From positions 70,206 to 134,205 of the forward strand of contig CAVOYV010000005.1 of the NCBI GenBank assembly GCA_963700855.1: a stretch of 64,000 bases of DNA. The letters run 5' to 3'. Every line of letters begins with the position of its first letter. The stretch's first letter is position 1. The stretch is from an uncultured Actinomycetes bacterium (lineage in GTDB: Bacteria; Actinomycetota; UBA4738; HRBIN12). Shown piece by piece: positions 10,629 to 17,283 of the stretch. The notes under the pieces are model-generated. The model ran no database searches, was not told where the DNA came from, and saw only the letters and a list, made by a program, of their open reading frames with translations. Made by a program: the position numbers and the translations under genes.

Positions 10629-11297
10629 ATGGCGCAACGTTCCCCAGTTCTCGTCGTGCTGTTGATCGCAATCCTGGTCGGATACGTGGCGGGTGGGCGG
10701 CTTCGGCGATTCGACCAGATACACATCCACTGGTGGGCCCTGGCCTTCAGCGGTGTGGCGCTTCAGATGCTCCCCGCTCCGAACATCGCAGGCATCGATT
10801 CCGGCACCACAGGAGCAGCCCAGCTGACCTTGTCCTACAGCCTGCTCCTGGTCTTTCTCATCGTGAACAGGTGGATTCCCGGTTCTCGCGTGATGGCCCT
10901 GGGGCTGCTGCTCAATCTCGCTGTCGTCTCCCTGAATGGAGGGATGCCAGTGAGCGCTGAGGCTATCCAGCGGGCAAGCGGATCGAGCCAACGCCCAACA
11001 ACCGAGACGAGCGCGAAGCACCATCTCCTTACAGAGGAGGACCTACTATCACCGCTTGGTGACGTGATTCCCGTGCCGCCACCGGCAGGAGTCGTTCTAT
11101 CCGTCGGTGACCTCTTGTTGTACGGAGGGATGGCGTGGTTCGTGATTCAGGTCATGCGGGGACGGAGTCGCGTGAACCCTCGGCCGTTGGCGGTGTGGTT
11201 CCCGAAGTACCGGGGGAAGCACGCTCCGGATCACTGGAGGATGCCTGCCCGCTATCGAGTGTCTGCTCACGCTGAAGCAGGGCAGTCGGGAACCTGA
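10629..11297 (+). CDS. DUF5317-like integral membrane protein
   Basis: 222-aa ORF with several TM helices. The NGGMPVS and SVGDLLLYGG motifs match my memory of the DUF5317 family. GAGGA lies 9 nt upstream of the ATG. The C-terminal about 45 aa overlap the convergent kinase gene and may not be real. Confidence 0.6.
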   Translation: MAQRSPVLVVLLIAILVGYVAGGRLRRFDQIHIHWWALAFSGVALQMLPAPNIAGIDSGTTGAAQLTLSYSLLLVFLIVNRWIPGSRVMALGLLLNLAVVSLNGGMPVSAEAIQRASGSSQRPTTETSAKHHLLTEEDLLSPLGDVIPVPPPAGVVLSVGDLLLYGGMAWFVIQVMRGRSRVNPRPLAVWFPKYRGKHAPDHWRMPARYRVSAHAEAGQSGT

Positions 11298-12678
11298 CGG
11301 TGACGGTGGTTCCCTCTCCCGGAGCTGATTGCACGTCGAGGGAGCCTCCGCCCACTTTCGCCCGCTCCCGCATCATTGCCATACCGTAGTGTCCTTCAGG
11401 GCCTGGCGCGGAGGTGTCGAAGCCGATCCCGTTGTCTCGCAATCGCAGGACGATTTCGTCTGCTTCCTCAGCCACGCTGATCCACATATCGGTCGCTTGG
11501 GCATGCTTGAGGGCGTTCATGACACCCTCCCTCGCGACGTGGTAGACAAGCAATGCAATCGGCGCGGGAAGTGGGACCTCCTCCACGTCGCGGTGAAACA
11601 CTACGCCGGAGTCGCGGCCAACTTCGTCAGTGAAGGACTCCAAGGCCTCCGACAACCCCTTCGCGCCAAGCGGTGAGCGGTGGAGATCACGGATAAGCGC
11701 CCGGATCCTGTCGGAGGTGTCCTGCTTGGACTCCCTAATCTTCTCCAGCTGGGCCTCGAGTTCCCGCAGGTCGCCCTTCTCAAGCATCTTTCGCGCGATG
11801 TCAACCTGGAGACTCAGCCTGAAGAGAACCTGGGCAAGATCGTCGTGCAGATAGCCAGCGATCTTCAGTCGCTCGTCGGCCCTCTCTTCCGCCATCGTGT
11901 TGGAGAGCTCACGCAGGATCTCCTCTCGCTCTTGAAGCTCCTTGTGGGCCGCTTCTAGAGCGTGGGTGCGCCGGAACATTTGGCGTGCAAACAGCAGCGG
12001 GGCCAGCACCACAAAGACCGAGAGGAAGCCCAATTGTCCAACTTCGAACAACTTCGCCATCGCCGCACCGAGCACCCCAAGGCCCATGTAGCTGACCAGG
12101 AACTCCTGGCCCTTGGACAGCTGCCGAACGACGGCCAGCGGCGAGAGGCGGTAGATGAGACTGACGAGCACCGCCACGAGGCTGATATTGATTGCGTAGT
12201 CAACAGCCGAGGCGAGTAGAGAGGCCACTGTCAACCAGCCGATGGCCAACTCGACTGGTTCTTGCGGCGTAGCGAGCGAATGAAGAACTGAACTCCCGGC
12301 CCATACTGCGAGCGCCACCTGACATCTGTTGAACACCGCCGTGAGCGGAGCTATCTCTCGCCGATACTCCCGAGGATCCGAGGATCCGAGGAGTGCGGCC
12401 AGGGCCGCTGCGACCGGCGCGTAGAGAATCGCAACGGAAATGAGCAGTGGGAACCCGAGGCCCACTTGGACACCTCGCCACGCGGGCGCGGGCAGCAGTT
12501 CCACGACGGCCACGAGGAGAATCCAAATCGGTAGCTCAGCGATGAGGACGCTGGGATCTCGGGCAATCTCAAACGCCAAGCCACCCAAGGTCGGCACGAT
12601 CACAGCCAGCGCGAAGAGAGAGGCTGCGTTCGGAGCCAGCAGCCGCATGGGGCGTTGCGATGGCTGCGCTTGTGCCAT
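11152..12678 (-). CDS. Membrane sensor histidine kinase, HisKA_3 (NarL-type) class, paralog 1
   Basis: Polytopic N-terminal domain, coiled-coil linker, H-box YLHDDLAQVL, N-box EGVMNALKHAQA, DNGIGF, GMAMMRERAKVGGGSLDVQSAPGEGTTVTVRFP. The start at 12678 (MAQAQPSQRPMRLL) has GGGAGGA immediately upstream. The maximal ORF reaches 12840 but would run through a dense operator-like repeat region. Confidence 0.8.
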   Translation of the reverse strand: MAQAQPSQRPMRLLAPNAASLFALAVIVPTLGGLAFEIARDPSVLIAELPIWILLVAVVELLPAPAWRGVQVGLGFPLLISVAILYAPVAAALAALLGSSDPREYRREIAPLTAVFNRCQVALAVWAGSSVLHSLATPQEPVELAIGWLTVASLLASAVDYAINISLVAVLVSLIYRLSPLAVVRQLSKGQEFLVSYMGLGVLGAAMAKLFEVGQLGFLSVFVVLAPLLFARQMFRRTHALEAAHKELQEREEILRELSNTMAEERADERLKIAGYLHDDLAQVLFRLSLQVDIARKMLEKGDLRELEAQLEKIRESKQDTSDRIRALIRDLHRSPLGAKGLSEALESFTDEVGRDSGVVFHRDVEEVPLPAPIALLVYHVAREGVMNALKHAQATDMWISVAEEADEIVLRLRDNGIGFDTSAPGPEGHYGMAMMRERAKVGGGSLDVQSAPGEGTTVTVRFPTALLQREQTLDSGQASSSDPERASPGTSGTTPPTAEGSRDSVPA

Positions 12679-12828
12679 TCCTCCCGATTTGACCACGCGA
12701 ATGGGGACAACAGCATCAGCCATTCCCGGGATATGGGCCGATACTCCATACGGCGTAGCGCGAAGGAGGACCTTGTCCCCCAGATAGGGGTCCCCCGATA
12801 CTTCGCCCGTGTCCCCTAACCGGGGAGC

Positions 12829-12850
12829 CGCCGGGGTCATGACCCCGGCG
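12829..12850. promoter_or_regulatory. Perfect 22-bp palindrome, candidate operator between kinase 1 and micro-ORF 1
   Basis: CGCCGGGGTCA|TGACCCCGGCG. I checked every one of the 11 base pairs by hand. It lies 34 nt upstream of the micro-ORF 1 ATG. Confidence 0.35.
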
Positions 12851-12883
12851 CACTACAACGAATAGGACGAAAGGGGCCAGACA

Positions 12884-12970
12884 ATGAAGCTCCTCAAGCG
12901 GCTCGCAATCGCCGTTGGATCGCTGACCGCCCTCGTATTGGCTGGTGGCGCGCACTTCAAAGCCGGCTGA
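12884..12970 (+). CDS. Micro-ORF 1, a 28-aa hydrophobic/signal-peptide-like peptide: MKLLKRLAIAVGSLTALVLAGGAHFKAG
   Basis: ATG at 12884 and TGA at 12968-12970, with AAAGGGG about 8 nt upstream. It is a paralog of the micro-ORF at 17049..17138, with only synonymous differences over the last 10 codons. Not in the ORF track because it is under 60 aa. Confidence 0.6.
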   Translation: MKLLKRLAIAVGSLTALVLAGGAHFKAG

Positions 12971-12991
12971 ACGGACCAACCGCAGAGCTGA

Positions 12992-13025
12992 GGCGGCCCG
13001 GCGCTCTGGTCGGGCCGTTTCGCTT
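12992..13025. terminator. Hairpin with T-rich tail between convergent micro-ORF 1 and the SARP-family gene
   Basis: CGGCCCG (12994-13000), a 10-nt loop, CGGGCCG (13011-13017), then TTTCGCTT. Confidence 0.4.
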
Positions 13026-13063
13026 GTCTGGATCACTCGCCCAGTCAGTTGCGTAGTCGCTCG

Positions 13064-16000
13064 CTAGCCGGATAGCTTCCGAGTCCTCTCCAGGGCACCC
13101 TCCGACACGCCCTTGCGCGCGAAGAGTTCACGCGAAAGACCGAGTTCCTTGTCGGCGGCCTCTTGGTCACCCACATCCGAGAGCAGCCTCGCGGCATCTA
13201 GGTGAACCGAAGCTGCCATGGCTAGGAAGTCCGTCCTATCCGCGATTGCAGCCGCCTCCAGAATCAATGAGATGGCGGCTTCCGAATCTCCACGCCCTGC
13301 ATGAAGATTCGCCTGTACCTGGCGCCAAAGAAGTTGAGACGCCCAGTCGTCGTCTGCGGCGAGGCTGCGGCTCTTGTCGGCGGCCGCAGCGGCGAGTTCG
13401 TAGTCGCCCACGCGAAACCATGCCTCCCCGAGGAATCCCTCAACAGTGGACCGGAGGTTGCTTTCCCCCATTTGCGTGAGACGAGTGGCAGATCTCGTGA
13501 GGAGTGCGGCTGCGGCAGCGGGCTCTCGGAGCGCAAGGTGAGTAAGGCCCGCGTAGAGTTCGGCATCCGCCACGCGGAAGGCGCCGCCCACCTCTCGTGC
13601 AAGGCCAAGCCCTTCCTCAAGTCGGCCTCGTGCCCCCGCCTCATCGCCCAGAAGCGCCAGGGCGTATGCCAGCCTCATCACCACCTCGGGGCGGGGTCGA
13701 CGGGTGGGGTTGGACAGCAACTGCTGGCACTGAGCAATGAAGACCGGCAGTGGAGTGGTCCCGTGTAACGCCATGAGTTGCTGCGGGAGATCTACCTCGC
13801 GTTCGTCACCCGCCTCTAACGCGAGCCGCGCACCGTGTTCGAATGCCTCGATTCCTTCATCGAGGCGACCCTGAAGCGTCTGAGCCTCTCCGAGAAGCCG
13901 GTACGCACGCGCGAGACCCGCAAGATCGCCGAGCGAGGACAAGGCCGACACAGCGGCTTCAGCGAATGCCTGGGTCTCAGCAGCCCCGCGCTCCTCCGGG
14001 CGCGTGTAGACGTCGAGCTCCATCAGCTCAATCTCCAGCCTCCACCGGAGCGCTTCATCTCCTGATTCCCTTGACGCGGCAAGTCCGGTGGTAAGTACCT
14101 CTCGCGCCTCATCGAATCGTCCGAGGTCGAAGAGTGCAGCGCCGCGAAGACGTGCAAGATCGCCTCGAAGGTGTTGATCTGATGTCGCACATGCCAGCGC
14201 GCGCTCGAAGAGACTGGCAGCCGCCGTTGCGTCATCGAGCGCGAAGGCCCGTCGACCTGCCGCAGCGAGATGTCCTGCGGCGGCCAAGCCGATCGCGACT
14301 CCATGGCTCCCGTCAGAAGTACCAAGGTGGTACGCCGATTCGAGGTGGAAGCCGATTGTCTCTTCGACCTCGGTGAGTCTGTCCCCAGCCCGATCCGCCA
14401 GCGAAGTCCCTAGCCGCTCATGATCACGAGCTCGCCGATCCCTAGGAATGGCGCTGTAAGCCACGTCACGGATCAGGAGGTGCCTGAATGCGTAGGCACT
14501 GCTTCCCCGGCTTGTGAACCTCCGAAGATCAAGAAGACCCCGCCTACACAGAGAATCAAGAGCTCCGACAAGATCGTCCATCGCGAGATCGGGTCGAACA
14601 TCTCCCAGATCATCCAGGTCGAACTCCCGCCCGACGACGGCAGCGGCTTCAAGGGTATCCCGCTCAGCTCGTGGCAGGAGGTCAACTCGGGCATCAAGCA
14701 AAGCCTTCACGGTCGGCGGAATTGGAACCACACTCAGGTCCTTGGTCGCCTCCCACCGGCCTTCCCGCTGGTGAAGGTGCCCATCGTCGATCAGGACCGA
14801 AAGCACTTCCTCGAGGAATAGCGGATTCCCTTCTGTTGCGCTGGTTATCCGCTCTCTCACAGCCAGGCTCAGGTCACTCGGGCCAAGGAGGCCGCTGAGC
14901 AGCTCGTCCATTTCGGCAGACGTAAGGGGCTCAAGTCGCACGGTCACCGCGTCGGATCCGGCCCCACCCCACGACGGCCTGCGTTCGTCAAGTTCTGGAC
15001 GGGCGCTGCAGACCAGGACGAGGGGTTCACCCACTACGGTGGACGCGACGTACCCGACAAGATCGAGTAGAGGCTTTTCAGCCCACTGAAGATCCTCCAG
15101 AACCGCAACAAGTGGTTGGCGGCGAGCCCCAATTGCAAGGCAGCGCCGTATGGCCCAGAACGTTTCGTCTCGCGTCGAGGACCCATCCGCTACCCCGATG
15201 AAGGCCCCAAGAAGGTCAACCAGCATCTCCCGATCCAGCTCGTTGGCGCTGAACTCCTCGAGTCGACGACGCGCCTCCGAAGCCGCTCGCCCTTCTTCTA
15301 TTCCCACGACACCTCGAACAACGTCGGCGAACGGAGACAGACCCACGTCGCGACCGTATGGAACGCACCGCCCTGCCACGACGTCGACGCGATCGCCAAG
15401 CCCTGCCGTGAACGCCTCGATCAAGCGGGACTTCCCGATGCCGGCAGGACCAAGGACGGCAAGCATTGTCGGGCGCCGGTCTACTATCGCTCGCTGGGCG
15501 GCGTCCCGCAGTCTGACCAGATCACTCTCGCGCCCGATCAGCGGGGCCGAGAGCCGTGGAGCGGCGCGTGTGTCGGCAACATCTCGAAGTCGATAAGCCA
15601 CGAGGGGAGCCTCGTCGTCGTCAATCACAAGAAGCTGCGTCGAATCAACCGCAGCGACAGCACCGGCGAGTCTCAGGGTGGCTACGCCGAGCAGCACCTC
15701 ACCGGGACGGGCCTTTCTGGCCAGGAGGTCGGCAACTTCAACCGGATCATGCGTCAGAAGCCGAACGTCGCTGCCTATCTCAACTAGGACCTCGCCTGTC
15801 GACACGCCCAGACGTACCTCAAGGCCGAGCGCGGCCGCTGCTCGCTTGAGGGCATCGGCCGTTCGAACCGCCCGCTCTGCGTCGTCCTCGTGAACCGCAG
15901 GCAATCCGAATACGCCAAGAAGGCGGCCCGAGCGAGCTGTAGGACACCAACCGTCGAGGTTGGAGACGGCACCCCCGAACAAGTCCGAGATGGCGGTCGT

Positions 16001-16933
16001 AGCTGCCAGGACGTCTTCTGGATCCCCCTTGGGCAGTCGGAGGGCCACGACGGTGACAGTCTTCCGGACCTCACGAGGCTCCACCGCAGGAGGGGCCGCC
16101 TGCATCAGATCCGGGTCCCCCGCGAGTATCCTCCGCTCCAACTCCCCAATAGCCAGACCCGGCTCCATCCCGAGCTGCTCTGACAAATCCCGACGAAGCG
16201 AAGCGAGTTCGGCAAGCGCGTCTGCCTGCCGACCGCTGCGATACAGCGCAAGAGCAGAGAGCTCGCAGATGCGTTCGTCCAGTGGCAGTTCAGCGCGGAG
16301 ACGTAGCAAGTTGGGCAAGGCCTCGGCGTGTTGGCCGAGCGCAAGTTCAGCCTCGCAACTGAGAACAAGCGTCAGGTCGCGCAGGTCTTCCAGCTCACGT
16401 AGGGAACCGGGAGCTAGGCCTGGGAGATCCAGGCCGGCAAGCGGGGCTCCCCGCCACATGGCGCTGGCCTGGCGGAATGCCTCGAGCGCTCGCTCCGTCG
16501 AGCCCTGGGCGAGTAGTTCGCGTCCTTCCTCGACGAGATCTCGGAAGGCAGATGCATCCACTTGATCACGGTCAACAACGAGGGAGTACGCGGAGCCATT
16601 TGTTGCCAGCGCGTCGGAGAATCCCGCGCCTTTGAGGACTGAGCGAATCTTGGAGATATGGACCTGAAGCGAGGTCCTGACTGTGGGAGGCGGGTTGTCA
16701 CCCCAGACGATGTCGATGAGGGTCTCGGCGGCGATCTCCCTGCCCTCCTGCATCACCAGTACAGCGAGAACCGCCTGGACTCGAGGACCACCTACCGCGA
16801 GTTGCCTCCCGTTCACTCGCAGCTCGAGAGGGCCCAGGATGCCGTAATGGACTGACTGATCCACGTGCCCTCCCTGTGGGGCGTCGGCGCCATCAAGTGG
16901 CCGACGGGCCGCACTATCAACGACCCAGGACAC
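13064..16933 (-). CDS. Large multidomain regulator: OmpR-type wHTH + BTAD (SARP), degenerate class III cyclase-homology domain, P-loop STAND/AAA ATPase, C-terminal TPR-like repeats
   Basis: YGILGPLELRVNGRQLAVGGPRVQAVLAVLVM...IDIVWGDNPPPTVRTSLQVHISKIRSVL is wHTH. AMWRGAPLAGL...LALYRSGRQADALAELASLRRDLSEQLGMEPG is BTAD. VTVVALRLP...RLLGVFGLPAVHEDDAERAVRTA...RLGVSTGEVLV is cyclase-like. VLGPAGIGKSRL is the P-loop, and LVAVLEDLQWAE follows. About 450 aa of helical repeats come after. The likely true start is the GTG at 16864 (GGGAGGG 3 nt upstream, giving VDQSVHYGILGPLEL). Confidence 0.85.
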   Translation of the reverse strand: MSWVVDSAARRPLDGADAPQGGHVDQSVHYGILGPLELRVNGRQLAVGGPRVQAVLAVLVMQEGREIAAETLIDIVWGDNPPPTVRTSLQVHISKIRSVLKGAGFSDALATNGSAYSLVVDRDQVDASAFRDLVEEGRELLAQGSTERALEAFRQASAMWRGAPLAGLDLPGLAPGSLRELEDLRDLTLVLSCEAELALGQHAEALPNLLRLRAELPLDERICELSALALYRSGRQADALAELASLRRDLSEQLGMEPGLAIGELERRILAGDPDLMQAAPPAVEPREVRKTVTVVALRLPKGDPEDVLAATTAISDLFGGAVSNLDGWCPTARSGRLLGVFGLPAVHEDDAERAVRTADALKRAAAALGLEVRLGVSTGEVLVEIGSDVRLLTHDPVEVADLLARKARPGEVLLGVATLRLAGAVAAVDSTQLLVIDDDEAPLVAYRLRDVADTRAAPRLSAPLIGRESDLVRLRDAAQRAIVDRRPTMLAVLGPAGIGKSRLIEAFTAGLGDRVDVVAGRCVPYGRDVGLSPFADVVRGVVGIEEGRAASEARRRLEEFSANELDREMLVDLLGAFIGVADGSSTRDETFWAIRRCLAIGARRQPLVAVLEDLQWAEKPLLDLVGYVASTVVGEPLVLVCSARPELDERRPSWGGAGSDAVTVRLEPLTSAEMDELLSGLLGPSDLSLAVRERITSATEGNPLFLEEVLSVLIDDGHLHQREGRWEATKDLSVVPIPPTVKALLDARVDLLPRAERDTLEAAAVVGREFDLDDLGDVRPDLAMDDLVGALDSLCRRGLLDLRRFTSRGSSAYAFRHLLIRDVAYSAIPRDRRARDHERLGTSLADRAGDRLTEVEETIGFHLESAYHLGTSDGSHGVAIGLAAAGHLAAAGRRAFALDDATAAASLFERALACATSDQHLRGDLARLRGAALFDLGRFDEAREVLTTGLAASRESGDEALRWRLEIELMELDVYTRPEERGAAETQAFAEAAVSALSSLGDLAGLARAYRLLGEAQTLQGRLDEGIEAFEHGARLALEAGDEREVDLPQQLMALHGTTPLPVFIAQCQQLLSNPTRRPRPEVVMRLAYALALLGDEAGARGRLEEGLGLAREVGGAFRVADAELYAGLTHLALREPAAAAALLTRSATRLTQMGESNLRSTVEGFLGEAWFRVGDYELAAAAADKSRSLAADDDWASQLLWRQVQANLHAGRGDSEAAISLILEAAAIADRTDFLAMAASVHLDAARLLSDVGDQEAADKELGLSRELFARKGVSEGALERTRKLSG

Positions 16934-16962
16934 CGTAGCCCGAAATGCAGAGTCTGTTTAGA

Positions 16963-16984
16963 CCCCTTTAGGTCCCCTTTTAGG
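16963..16984 (+). promoter_or_regulatory. Two direct repeats, CCCCTTTAGG and CCCCTTTTAGG, 11 nt start-to-start, upstream of micro-ORF 2. Candidate SARP-type box.
   Basis: Repeat 1 is 16963-16972 and repeat 2 is 16974-16984. A -10-like CAGAAT (16994-16999) lies 9 nt downstream of repeat 2, and the ATG of micro-ORF 2 is at 17049. Confidence 0.3.
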
Positions 16985-17048
16985 GGCGCAAAGCAGAATC
17001 GCCTCACAAGCCCCAAGAGACCGGGGCCGACAAGAGGAGGAGGCGGAC

Positions 17049-17138
17049 ATGCTCAAGACCATCCGGCGGATCGCTCTCGCCCTTGGCTCCCTGGCAACCC
17101 TGGCTCTGGCGGGCGGCGCGCACTTCAAGGCTGGCTAA
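17049..17138 (+). CDS. Micro-ORF 2, a 29-aa hydrophobic/signal-peptide-like peptide: MLKTIRRIALALGSLATLALAGGAHFKAG
   Basis: ATG at 17049 and TAA at 17136-17138, with a strong SD GAGGAGGAGG ending 6 nt upstream. Paralog of micro-ORF 1. Not in the ORF track because it is under 60 aa. Confidence 0.6.
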   Translation: MLKTIRRIALALGSLATLALAGGAHFKAG

Positions 17139-17213
17139 GCTACGAGGCAATCTGCCGCGCCAGGGCATCCCTTCGTCGGGAAGCAATCCATATCTGGCGG
17201 GGACACGTGAGAA

Positions 17214-17257
17214 GGGCCGGTCGCGGCGTCTGCAGTTGGAGATGCCGAGACCGGCCC
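17214..17257. terminator. Long imperfect hairpin between convergent micro-ORF 2 and kinase 2
   Basis: GGGCCGGTC (17214-17222) pairs with GACCGGCCC (17249-17257). An inner GGCGTCT/AGATGCC pairing extends the stem. There is no clear T-tract. Confidence 0.3.
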
Positions 17258-17283
17258 TGACTACGCAGACGAGAGCTCTCGGG

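Noticed and set aside
12679-12840. The N-terminal 54-aa extension of kinase 1 (maximal ORF start at 12840).
   Set aside because: The extension has no counterpart in the paralogous kinase 2. It is not hydrophobic, and it coincides with the palindrome and repeat cluster that looks like promoter/operator DNA. The start at 12678 has an adjacent GGGAGGA. The uncertainty is kept in the feature note.
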